DNA of 13,094 bases from a virus, in UHGV virus genome UHGV-1625130, one strand, 5' to 3'. The stretch's first letter is position 1; each line of letters opens with the position of its first letter. A model generated the notes under the pieces. That model ran no database searches, was not told the DNA's origin, and saw only the letters and a list, made by a program, of their open reading frames with translations. The position numbers and the translations under genes were made by a program. Of this stretch, positions 1 through 8,287 are shown piece after piece.

Positions 1-230
1 TGACCCCGCTGATGCTGGACACCTCCACCCGTAAGCTGGTTGCGTGGGATGGCACCACCGACGGTGCTGCCGTTGGCATTCTGGCGGTTGCTGCTGACCA
101 GACCAGCACCACACTGATGTTCTACAAGTCCGGCACGTTCCGTTATGAGGATGTGCTCTGGCCGGAGGCTGCCAGCGACGAGACGAAAAAACGGACCGCG
201 TTTGCCGGAACGGCAATCAGCATCGTTTAA
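1..230 (+). CDS. D: Head decoration protein D, C-terminal fragment (5' end lies outside the window; first full codon at 3)
   Basis: Translation ...[75 protein letters not shown] matches the lambda gpD C-terminus as I recall it, with a few substitutions; TAA stop at 228-230. Confidence 0.9.
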   Translation, partial: TPLMLDTSTRKLVAWDGTTDGAAVGILAVAADQTSTTLMFYKSGTFRYEDVLWPEAASDETKKRTAFAGTAISIV

Positions 231-247
231 CCTTACCCTTCATCACT

Positions 248-272
248 AAAGGCCGCCTGTGCGGCTTTTTTT
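248..272 (+). terminator. Terminator-like hairpin in the D-E intergenic region (stem GCCGC/GCGGC, loop CTGT, followed by T7)
   Basis: Read directly: aaaGGCCGCctgtGCGGCttttttt, 5-bp GC stem at 252-256 and 261-265, then a 7-T run at 266-272. Confidence 0.45.
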
Positions 273-285
273 ACGGGATTTTTTT

Positions 286-1311
286 ATGTCGATGTACACA
301 ACCGCCCAGCTGCTGGCGGCAAATGAGAAGAAATTTAAGTTTGATCCGCTGTTTCTGCGTCTCTTTTTCCGTGAGAGCTATCCCTTCACCACGGAGAAAG
401 TCTATCTCTCACAAATTCCGGGACTGGTAAACATGGCGCTGTACGTTTCGCCGATTGTTTCCGGTGAGGTTATCCGTTCCCGTGGCGGCTCCACCTCTGA
501 ATTTACGCCGGGATATGTCAAGCCGAAGCATGAGGTGAATCCGCAGATGACCCTGCGTCGCCTGCCGGATGAAGATCCGCAGAATCTGGCGGACCCGGCT
601 TACCGCCGCCGTCGCATCATCATGCAGAACATGCGTGACGAAGAGCTGGCCATTGCTCAGGTCGAAGAGATGCAGGCAGTTTCTGCTGTGCTTAAGGGCA
701 AATACACCATGACCGGTGAAGCCTTCGATCCGGTTGAGGTGGATATGGGCCGCAGTGCGGCGAACAACATCACACAGTCCGGCGTCACGGAGTGGAGCAA
801 GCGTGACAAGTCCACGTATGACCCGACCGACGATATCGAAGCCTACGCGCTGAACGCCAGCGGTGTGGTGAATATCATCGTGTTTGACCCGAAAGGCTGG
901 GCGCTGTTCCGTTCCTTCAAAGCCGTCAGGGAGAAGCTGGATACCCGTCGCGGCTCTAATTCCGAGCTGGAGACAGCGGTAAAAGACCTGGGCGAAGCGG
1001 TGTCCTATAAGGGGATGTATGGCGATACGGCGATCGTCGTGTATTCCGGACAGTACGTGGAAAACGGCGTCAAAAAGAACTTCCTGCCGGACAACACGAT
1101 GGTGCTGGGGAACACTCAGGCACGCGGTCTGCGCACCTATGGCTGCATTCAGGATGCGGACGCACAGCGCGAAGGCATTAACGCCTCTGCCCGTTACCCG
1201 AAAAACTGGGTGACCACCGGCGATCCGGCGCGTGAGTTCACCATGATTCAGTCAGCACCGCTGATGCTGCTGGCTGACCATGATGAGTTCGTGTCCGTAC
1301 AACTGGCGTAA
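286..1311 (+). CDS. E: Major capsid protein E
   Basis: 341-aa translation starting MSMYTTAQLLAANE... and ending ...DEFVSVQLA is near-identical to lambda gpE from memory. The track ORF begins at 259, but the ATG at 286 is the lambda start, and 259 lies inside the upstream hairpin. Confidence 0.95.
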   Translation: MSMYTTAQLLAANEKKFKFDPLFLRLFFRESYPFTTEKVYLSQIPGLVNMALYVSPIVSGEVIRSRGGSTSEFTPGYVKPKHEVNPQMTLRRLPDEDPQNLADPAYRRRRIIMQNMRDEELAIAQVEEMQAVSAVLKGKYTMTGEAFDPVEVDMGRSAANNITQSGVTEWSKRDKSTYDPTDDIEAYALNASGVVNIIVFDPKGWALFRSFKAVREKLDTRRGSNSELETAVKDLGEAVSYKGMYGDTAIVVYSGQYVENGVKKNFLPDNTMVLGNTQARGLRTYGCIQDADAQREGINASARYPKNWVTTGDPAREFTMIQSAPLMLLADHDEFVSVQLA

Positions 1312-1313
1312 TC

Positions 1314-1331
1314 ATGGCCCTTCGGGGCCAT
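1314..1331 (+). other. Perfect 7-bp stem-loop with a UUCG-type tetraloop in the E-FI intergenic region
   Basis: ATGGCCC-ttcg-GGGCCAT read directly, followed by T-rich tgtttctctgt and then the GGAGGAG Shine-Dalgarno of FI. Confidence 0.4.
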
Positions 1332-1352
1332 TGTTTCTCTGTGGAGGAGTCC

Positions 1353-1751
1353 ATGACGAAAGATGAACTGATTGCCCGTCTCCGCTCGCTGGGTGAACAA
1401 CTGAACCGTGATGTCAGCCTGACGGGGACGAAAGAAGAACTGGCGCTCCGTGTGGCAGAGCTGGAAGAGGAGCTTGATGACACGGATGAAACTGCCGGTC
1501 AGGACACCCCTCTCAGCCGGGAAAATGTGCTGACCGGACATGAAAATGAGGTGGGATCAGCGCAGCCGGATACCGTGATTCTGGATACGTCTGAACTGGT
1601 CACGGTCGTGGCACTGGTGACGCTGCATACCGATGCACTTCACGCCACGCGGGATGAGGCTGTGGCATTTGTGCTGCCGGGAACGGCGTTCCGTGTCTCT
1701 GCCGGTGTGGCAGCCGAAATGACAGAGCGCGGCCTGGCCAGAATGCAATAA
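1353..1751 (+). CDS. FI: DNA-packaging / head assembly protein FI
   Basis: 132-aa translation MTKDELIARLRSLGEQLNRDVSLTGTKEELALRVAELEEELDDTDE... matches lambda gpFI; GGAGGAG SD 6 nt upstream of ATG 1353. The track ORF start at 1314 is an in-frame upstream extension without an SD. Confidence 0.93.
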   Translation: MTKDELIARLRSLGEQLNRDVSLTGTKEELALRVAELEEELDDTDETAGQDTPLSRENVLTGHENEVGSAQPDTVILDTSELVTVVALVTLHTDALHATRDEAVAFVLPGTAFRVSAGVAAEMTERGLARMQ

Positions 1752-1762
1752 CGGGAGGCGCT

Positions 1763-2116
1763 GTGGCTGATTTCGATAACCTGTTCGATGCTGCCATTGC
1801 CCGCGCCGATGAAACGATACGCGGGTACATGGGAACGTCAGCCACCATGACATCCGGTGAGCAGTCAGGTGCGGTGATACGTGGTGTTTTTGATGACCCT
1901 GAAAATATCAGCTATGCCGGACAGGGCGTGCGCGTTGAAGGCTCCAGCCCGTCCCTGTTTGTCCGGACTGATGAGGTGCGGCAGCTGCGGCGTGGAGACA
2001 CGCTGACCATCGGTGAGGAAAATTTCTGGGTAGATCGGGTTTCGCCGGATGATGGCGGAAGTTGTCATCTCTGGCTTGGACGGGGCGTACCGCCTGCCGT
2101 TAACCGTCGCCGCTGA
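1763..2116 (+). CDS. FII: Head-tail joining protein FII (GTG start)
   Basis: 117-aa translation MADFDNLFDAAIARADETIRGYMG...HLWLGRGVPPAVNRRR matches lambda gpFII; GGGAGG SD upstream; start codon is GTG. Confidence 0.93.
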   Translation: MADFDNLFDAAIARADETIRGYMGTSATMTSGEQSGAVIRGVFDDPENISYAGQGVRVEGSSPSLFVRTDEVRQLRRGDTLTIGEENFWVDRVSPDDGGSCHLWLGRGVPPAVNRRR

Positions 2117-2127
2117 AAGGGGGATGT

Positions 2128-2692
2128 ATGGCCATAAAAGGTCTTGAGCAGGCCGTTGAAAACCTCAGCCGTATCAGCAAAACGGCGGTGCCTGGTGCCG
2201 CCGCAATGGCCATTAACCGCGTTGCGTCATCCGCGATATCGCAGTCGGTGGCACAGGTTGCCCGTGAGACAAAGGTACGCCGGAAACTGGTAAAGGAAAG
2301 GGCCAGGCTGAAAAGGGCCACGGTCAAAAATCCGCAGGCCAGAATCAAAGTTAACCGGGGGGATTTGCCCGTAATCAAGCTGGGTAATGCGCGGGTTGTC
2401 CTTTCGTAAAAAGGGGCAGCGTTCAGCCCTGAAAGGTGGCGGCAGCGTGCTTGTGGTGGGAAACCGTCGTATTCCCGGCGCGTTTATTCAGCAACTGAAA
2501 AATGGCCGGTGGCATGTCATGCAGCGTGTGGCCGGGAAAAACCGTTACCCCATTGATGTGGTGAAAATCCCGATGGCGGTGCCGCTTACCACGGCGTTTA
2601 AACAGAATATTGAACGGATACGGCGTGAACGTCTTCCGAAAGAGCTGGGCTATGCGCTGCAGCATCAACTGAGAATGGTAATAAAGCGATGA
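2128..2692 (+). pseudogene. Z: Tail completion protein Z, interrupted by a frameshift (N-terminal part 2128-2409 in one frame, C-terminal part continuing in the +1 frame to 2692)
   Basis: Frame A gives MAIKGLEQAVENLSRISK...GNARVVLS then TAA at 2407-2409. Frame B from about 2400 gives ...[96 protein letters not shown]. Together these cover the full lambda Z sequence apart from the ...VVLS-RRRRR-KKGQRS... linker as I recall it. The span is 14 nt shorter than lambda Z (565 vs 579 nt from recalled coordinates). Confidence 0.7.
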
Positions 2693-3084
2693 AACATACT
2701 GAACTCCGTGCAGCCGTACTGGATGCACTGGAGAAGCATGACACCGGGGCGACGCTTTTTGATGGTCGCCCCGCTGTTTTTGATGAGGCGGATTTTCCGG
2801 CAGTTGCCGTTTATCTCACCGGCGCTGAATACACGGGCGAAGAGCTGGACAGCGATACCTGGCAGGCGGAGCTGCATATTGAAGTTTTCCTGCCTGCTCA
2901 GGTGCCGGATTCAGAGCTGGATGCGTGGATGGAGTCCCGGATTTATCCGGTGATGAGCGATATCCCGGCACTGTCAGATTTGATCACCAGTATGGTGGCC
3001 AGCGGCTATGACTACCGGCGCGACGATGATGCGGGCCTGTGGAGTTCAGCCGATCTGACTTATGTCATTACCTATGAAATGTGA
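2689..3084 (+). CDS. U: Tail tube terminator protein U
   Basis: 131-aa translation [54 protein letters not shown]... matches lambda gpU; its ATG overlaps the Z stop (ATGA). Confidence 0.93.
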
Positions 3085-3091
3085 GGACGCT

Positions 3092-3832
3092 ATGCCTGTA
3101 CCAAATCCTACAATGCCGGTGAAAGGTGCCGGGACCACCCTGTGGGTTTATAAGGGGAGCGGTGACCCTTATGCGAATCCGCTTTCAGACGTTGACTGGT
3201 CGCGTCTGGCAAAAGTTAAAGACCTGACGCCCGGCGAACTGACCGCTGAGTCCTATGACGACAGCTATCTCGATGATGAAGATGCAGACTGGACTGCGAC
3301 CGGGCAGGGGCAGAAATCTGCCGGAGATACCAGCTTCACGCTGGCGTGGATGCCCGGAGAGCAGGGGCAGCAGGCGCTGCTGGCGTGGTTTAATGAAGGC
3401 GATACCCGTGCCTATAAAATCCGCTTCCCGAACGGCACGGTCGATGTGTTCCGTGGCTGGGTCAGCAGTATCGGTAAGGCGGTGACGGCGAAGGAAGTGA
3501 TTACCCGCACGGTGAAGGTCACCAATGTGGGACGTCCGTCGATGGCAGAAGATCGCAGCACGGTAACAGCGGCAACCGGCATGACCGTGACGCCTGCCAG
3601 CACCTCGGTGGTGAAAGGGCAGAGCACCACGCTGACCGTGGCCTTCCAGCCGGAGGGCGTAACCGACAAGAGCTTTCGTGCGGTGTCTGCGGATAAAACA
3701 AAAGCCACCGTGTCGGTCAGTGGTATGACCATCACCGTGAACGGCGTTGCTGCAGGCAAGGTCAACATTCCGGTTGTATCCGGTAATGGTGAGTTTGCTG
3801 CGGTTGCAGAAATCACCGTCACCGCCAGTTAA
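3092..3832 (+). CDS. V: Major tail tube protein V, including a C-terminal Ig-like (Big_2-type) domain
   Basis: 246-aa translation [45 protein letters not shown]...AEITVTAS matches lambda gpV; GAGGA SD upstream. The track ORF start at 3062 overlaps the end of U and is not the lambda start. Confidence 0.95.
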
Positions 3833-3847
3833 TCCGGGGAGTCAGAG

Positions 3848-4270
3848 ATGTTCCTGAAAACCGAATCATTTGAACATAACGGTGTGACCGTCACGCTTTC
3901 TGAACTGTCAGCCCTGCAGCGTATTGAGCATCTCGCCCTGATGAAACGGCAGGCAGAACAGGCGGAGTCAGACAGCAACCGGAAGTTTACTGTGGAAGAC
4001 GCCATCAGAACCGGCGCGTTTCTGGTGGCGATGTCCCTGTGGCATAACCATCCGAAGAAGACAAAGCTGCCTTCCATGAATGAAGCCGTTAAACAGATTG
4101 AGCAGGAAGTGCTTACCACCTGGCCCACGGAGGCAATTTCTCATGCTGAAAACGTGGTGTACCGGCTGTCCGGTATGTATGAGTTTGTGGTGAATGATGC
4201 TCCTGAACAGACAGAGGACGCCGGGCCTGCAGAGCCTGTTTCTGCGGGAAAGTTTTCGACGGTGAGCTGA
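3848..4270 (+). CDS. G: Tail assembly chaperone G (zero-frame product)
   Basis: 140-aa translation MFLKTESFEHNGVTVTLSELSALQRIEHLALMKRQAEQAESD...SAGKFSTVS matches lambda gpG; GGGGAG SD upstream. Confidence 0.93.
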   Translation: MFLKTESFEHNGVTVTLSELSALQRIEHLALMKRQAEQAESDSNRKFTVEDAIRTGAFLVAMSLWHNHPKKTKLPSMNEAVKQIEQEVLTTWPTEAISHAENVVYRLSGMYEFVVNDAPEQTEDAGPAEPVSAGKFSTVS

Positions 4271-4686
4271 GTTTTGCCCTGAAACTGGCGCGTGAGATGG
4301 GGCGACCCGACTGGCGTGCCATGCTTGCCGGGATGTCATCCACGGAGTATGCCGACTGGCACCGCTTTTACAGTACCCATTATTTTCATGATGTTCTGCT
4401 GGATATGCACTTTTCCGGGCTGACGTACACCGTGCTCAGCCTGTTTTTCAGCGATCCGGATATGCATCCGCTGGATTTCAGTCTGCTGAACCGGCGTGAG
4501 GCTGACGAAGAGCCTGAAGATGATGTGCTGATGCAGAAAGCGGCAGGGCTTGCCGGAGGTGTCCGCTTTGGCCCGGACGGGAATGAAGTTATCCCTACTT
4601 CCCCGGATGTGGCGGACATGACGGAGGATGACGTAATGCTGATGACAGTATCAGAAGGGATCGCAGGAGGAGTCCGGTATGGCTGA
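3848..4686 (+). CDS. T: Tail assembly protein G-T fusion, made by -1 programmed ribosomal frameshift at 4246-4252
   Basis: After a -1 slip at G_GGA_AAG the reading continues GKVFDGELSFALKLAREMGRPDWRAMLAGMSSTEYADWHRFYSTHYFHDVLLDMHF...GIAGGVRYG, which matches the lambda gpT portion of gpGT. The T frame has no independent SD or start consistent with standalone expression. Confidence 0.85.
4246..4252 (+). promoter_or_regulatory. Slippery heptamer G GGA AAG for the G/G-T -1 frameshift
   Basis: Read directly: tct gcG GGA AAG ttt in the G frame, 6 codons before the G stop. This is the same heptamer as the lambda G-T frameshift site. Confidence 0.8.
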
Positions 4687-7258
4687 ACCGGTAGGCGATC
4701 TGGTCGTTGATTTGAGTCTGGATGCGGCCAGATTTGACGAGCAGATGGCCAGAGTCAGGCGTCATTTTTCCGGTACGGAAACTGATGCGAAAAAAACAGC
4801 GGCAGTCGTTGAACAGTCGCTGAGCCGACAGGCGCTGGCTGCACAGAAAGCGGGGATTTCCGTCGGACAGTATAAAGCCGCCATGCGTATGCTTCCTGCA
4901 CAGTTCACCGACGTGGCCACGCAGCTTGCAGGCGGGCAAAGTCCGTGGCTGATCCTGCTGCAACAGGGGGGGCAGGTTAAGGACTCCTTCGGCGGGATGA
5001 TCCCCATGTTCCGGGGGCTTGCCGGTGCGATCACCCTGCCGATGGTGGGGGCTACCTCGCTGGCGGTGGCGACCGGAGCGCTGGCGTATGCCTGGTATCA
5101 GGGCAACTCAACCCTGTCCGATTTCAACAAAACGCTGGTCCTTTCCGGCAATCAGGCGGGACTGACGGCAGATCGTATGCTGGTCCTGTCCAGAGCCGGG
5201 CAGGCGGCAGGGCTGACGTTTAACCAGACCAGCGAGTCACTGTCGGCGCTGGTGAATGCCGGTGTGCGTGGTGGTGAACAGTTTGATGCCATCAACCAGA
5301 GTGTCGCGCGTTTTGCGTCTGCATCCGGTGTGGAGGTGGATAAAGTCGCTGAAGCCTTCGGGAAGCTGACCACAGACCCGACGTCGGGGCTGACGGCGAT
5401 GGCACGCCAGTTCCATAACGTGACGGCGGAGCAGATTGCGTATGTTGCTCAGTTGCAGCGTTCCGGAGATGAAGCCGGGGCATTGCAGGCGGCGAACGAG
5501 GCCGCAACGAAAGGGTTTGATGACCAGACCCGCCGCCTGAAAGAGAACATGGGCACGCTGGAGAACTGGGCAGACAGGACAGCACGGGCATTCAAATCCA
5601 TGTGGGATTCGGTGCTGGATATTGGTCGCCCGGACACTGCCCAGGGAATGCTGGAGAAAGCAGAAAAGGCTTTTGATGAGGCGGACAAAAAATGGCAGTG
5701 GTATCAGAGCCGGAGCCACCGGCGCGGTAAAACCTCAGCATTTCTTGCCAATCTCCGGGGAGCATGGGAGGACAGAGCGAATGCGCAACTTGGGCTTTCA
5801 GCCGCCACGTTGCAGGCCGATCTTGAAAAGGCCAGAGAGATGGCAGCAAAGGACTGGGTCGAGTCTGAGGCATCACGGCTGAAATATACCGAAGAGGCGC
5901 AGAAGGCTTACGAACGCCTGCAGACGCCGCTGGAGAAATATACCGCCCGTCAGGAAGAACTGAACAAGGCACTGAAAGACGGGAAAATCCTGCAGGCGGA
6001 TTACAACACGCTGATGGCGGCGGCGAAAAAGGATTATGAAGCGACGCTGAAAAAGCCGAAACAGTCCGGCGTGAAGGTGTCTGCGGGCGATCGTCAGGAA
6101 GACAGTGCTCATGCTGCCCTGCTGACGCTTCAGGCAGAACTCCGGACGCTGGAGAAGCATGCCGGAGCGAATGAGAAAATCAGCCAGCAGCGCCGGGATT
6201 TGTGGAAGGCGGAGAGTCAGTTCGCTGTACTGGAGGAGGCGGCACAACGTCGCCAGCTGTCCGCACAGGAGAAATCCCTGCTGGCGCATAAAGATGAGAC
6301 GCTGGAGTACAAACGCCAGCTGGCTGCACTTGGCGACAAGGTTACGTATCAGGAGCGCCTGAACGCGCTGGCGCAGCAGGCGGATAAATTCGCACAGCAG
6401 CAACGGGCAAAACGGGCCGCCATTGATGCGAAAAGCCGGGGGCTGACTGACCGGCAGGCAGAACGGGAAGCCACGGAACAGCGCCTGAAGGAACAGTATG
6501 GCGATAATCCGCTGGCGCTGAATAACGTCATGTCAGAGCAGAAAAAGACCTGGACGGCTGAAGACCAGCTTCGCGGGAGCTGGATGGCAGGCCTGAAGTC
6601 CGGCTGGAGTGAGTGGGAAGAGAGCGCCACGGACAGTATGTCGCAGGTTAAAAGTGCAGCCACGCAGACCTTTGATGGTATTGCACAGAATATGGCGGCG
6701 ATGCTGACCGGCAGTGAGCAGAACTGGCGCAGCTTCACCCGTTCCGTGCTGTCCATGATGACAGAAATTCTGCTTAAGCAGGCAATGGTGGGGATTGTCG
6801 GGAGTATCGGCAGCGCCATTGGCGGGGCTGTTGGTGGCGGCGCATCCGCATCAGGCGGTACAGCCATTCAGGCAGCTGCGGCGAAATTCCATTTTGCGAC
6901 CGGAGGATTTACGGGAACCGGCGGCAAATATGAGCCAGCGGGGATTGTTCACCGTGGTGAGTTTGTCTTCACGAAGGAGGCAACCAGCCGGATTGGCGTG
7001 GGGAATCTTTACCGGCTGATGCGCGGCTCTGCCACCGGCGGTTATGTCGGTACACCGGGCAGCATGGCAGACAGCCGGTCGCAGGCGTCCGGGACGTTTG
7101 AGCAGAATAACCATGTGGTGATTAACAACGACGGCACGAACGGGCAGATAGGTCCGGCTGCTCTGAAGGCGGTGTATGACATGGCCCGCAAGGGTGCCCG
7201 TGATGAAATTCAGACACAGATGCGTGATGGTGGCCTGTTCTCCGGAGGTGGACGATGA
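4679..7258 (+). CDS. H: Tail tape measure protein H
   Basis: 859-aa translation MAEPVGDLVVDLSLDAARFDEQMARVRRHFSG...QTQMRDGGLFSGGGR; coiled-coil-rich centre, Gly-rich segment IGSAIGGAVGGGASASGGTAIQAAAAKFHFATGGFTGTGG; strong GGAGGAG SD. The ATG overlaps the end of T by 8 nt. Six codons longer than the 853 aa I recall for lambda H. Confidence 0.95.
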   Translation: MAEPVGDLVVDLSLDAARFDEQMARVRRHFSGTETDAKKTAAVVEQSLSRQALAAQKAGISVGQYKAAMRMLPAQFTDVATQLAGGQSPWLILLQQGGQVKDSFGGMIPMFRGLAGAITLPMVGATSLAVATGALAYAWYQGNSTLSDFNKTLVLSGNQAGLTADRMLVLSRAGQAAGLTFNQTSESLSALVNAGVRGGEQFDAINQSVARFASASGVEVDKVAEAFGKLTTDPTSGLTAMARQFHNVTAEQIAYVAQLQRSGDEAGALQAANEAATKGFDDQTRRLKENMGTLENWADRTARAFKSMWDSVLDIGRPDTAQGMLEKAEKAFDEADKKWQWYQSRSHRRGKTSAFLANLRGAWEDRANAQLGLSAATLQADLEKAREMAAKDWVESEASRLKYTEEAQKAYERLQTPLEKYTARQEELNKALKDGKILQADYNTLMAAAKKDYEATLKKPKQSGVKVSAGDRQEDSAHAALLTLQAELRTLEKHAGANEKISQQRRDLWKAESQFAVLEEAAQRRQLSAQEKSLLAHKDETLEYKRQLAALGDKVTYQERLNALAQQADKFAQQQRAKRAAIDAKSRGLTDRQAEREATEQRLKEQYGDNPLALNNVMSEQKKTWTAEDQLRGSWMAGLKSGWSEWEESATDSMSQVKSAATQTFDGIAQNMAAMLTGSEQNWRSFTRSVLSMMTEILLKQAMVGIVGSIGSAIGGAVGGGASASGGTAIQAAAAKFHFATGGFTGTGGKYEPAGIVHRGEFVFTKEATSRIGVGNLYRLMRGSATGGYVGTPGSMADSRSQASGTFEQNNHVVINNDGTNGQIGPAALKAVYDMARKGARDEIQTQMRDGGLFSGGGR

Positions 7259-7584
7259 AGACCTTCCGCTGGAAAGTGAAACCCGGTATGGATGTGGCTT
7301 CGGCCCCTTCCGTAAGAAAGGTGCGCTTTGGTGATGGCTATTCTCCGCGAGCGCCTGCCGGGCTGAATGCCGACCTGAAAACGTACAGCGTGACGTTTTC
7401 TGTTCCCCGTTGGGAGGCCACGGCGCTGGAGTCGTTTCTGGCTGAGCACGGGGGCTGGAAATCCTTTCTGTGGACGCCGCCTTATGAGTGGCGGCAGATA
7501 AAGGTGACCTGCGCAAAATGGTCGTCGCGGGTCAGTATGCTGCGTGTTGAGTTCAGCGCAGAGTTTGAACAGGTGGTGAACTGA
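7255..7584 (+). CDS. M: Minor tail protein M
   Basis: 109-aa translation MKTFRWKVKPGMDVASAPSVRKVRFGDGYSPRAPAGLNADLKTYSVTFSVPRWEATALESFLAEHGGWKSF... matches lambda gpM; start overlaps the H stop (ATGA). Confidence 0.93.
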   Translation: MKTFRWKVKPGMDVASAPSVRKVRFGDGYSPRAPAGLNADLKTYSVTFSVPRWEATALESFLAEHGGWKSFLWTPPYEWRQIKVTCAKWSSRVSMLRVEFSAEFEQVVN

Positions 7585-8282
7585 TGCAGGATATCCGGCA
7601 GGAAACACTGAATGAATGCACCCGTGCGGAGCAGTCTGCCTGCGTGGTGCTCTGGGAAATCGATCTGACAGAGGTTGGTGGAGAACGTTATTTTTTCTGT
7701 AATGAGCAGAACGAAAAAGGTGAGCCGGTCACCTGGCAGGGGCGACAGTATCAGCCGTATCCCATTCAGGGGAGTGGTTTTGAACTGAATGGCAAAGGCA
7801 CCAGTACGCGCCCCACGCTGACGGTTTCTAACCTGTACGGTATGGTCACCGGGATGGCGGAAGACCTGCAGAGTCTGGTCGGCGGAACGGTGGTCCGGCG
7901 TAAGGTTTACGCCCGTTTTCTGGATGCGGTGAACTTCGTCAACGGAAACAGAGACGCCGATCCGGAGCAGGAGGTGATCAGCCGCTGGCGCATCGAGCAG
8001 TGCAGCGAACTGAGCGCGGTGAGTGCCTCCTTTGTACTGTCCACGCCGACGGAAACGGATGGCGCTGTTTTTCCGGGACGTATCATGCTGGCCAACACCT
8101 GCACCTGGACCTATCGCGGTGATGAGTGCGGTTATCACGGTCCGGCGGTCGCGGATGAATATGATCAGCCGACGTCCGATATCACGAAGGATAAATGCAG
8201 CAAATGCCTGAGTGGCTGTAAGTTTCGCAATAACGTCGGCAACTTTGGCGGCTTCCTTTCCATTAACAAACTTTCGCAGTAA
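7584..8282 (+). CDS. L: Minor tail protein L
   Basis: 232-aa translation MQDIRQETLNECTRAEQSACVVLWEIDLTEVGGERYFFCNEQNEKGEPVTWQG... with the C-terminal Cys cluster (CGYHG...CSKCLSGC) matches lambda gpL; start overlaps the M stop (TGATG). Confidence 0.93.
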   Translation: MQDIRQETLNECTRAEQSACVVLWEIDLTEVGGERYFFCNEQNEKGEPVTWQGRQYQPYPIQGSGFELNGKGTSTRPTLTVSNLYGMVTGMAEDLQSLVGGTVVRRKVYARFLDAVNFVNGNRDADPEQEVISRWRIEQCSELSAVSASFVLSTPTETDGAVFPGRIMLANTCTWTYRGDECGYHGPAVADEYDQPTSDITKDKCSKCLSGCKFRNNVGNFGGFLSINKLSQ

Positions 8283-8287
8283 ATCCC

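Noticed and set aside
259-285. Upstream in-frame start for E (MRLFLRDFFM...) at 259 given by the ORF track
   Set aside because: Position 259 lies within the D-E hairpin loop and has no SD; the lambda gpE N-terminus MSMYTTAQ begins at ATG 286. The same reasoning applies to the track starts at 1314 (FI) and 3062 (V).
1019-1213. 64-aa +strand ORF in an alternate frame inside E, and similar short alternate-frame ORFs at 2708-2953, 3255-3485, 6159-6362, 8023-8211, 8667-8903, 9356-9589 and 12596-12799
   Set aside because: Each is embedded out of frame within a well-supported lambda-like gene, is short, and has an Arg/Cys/Trp-rich composition typical of chance frames. No evidence of overprinting.
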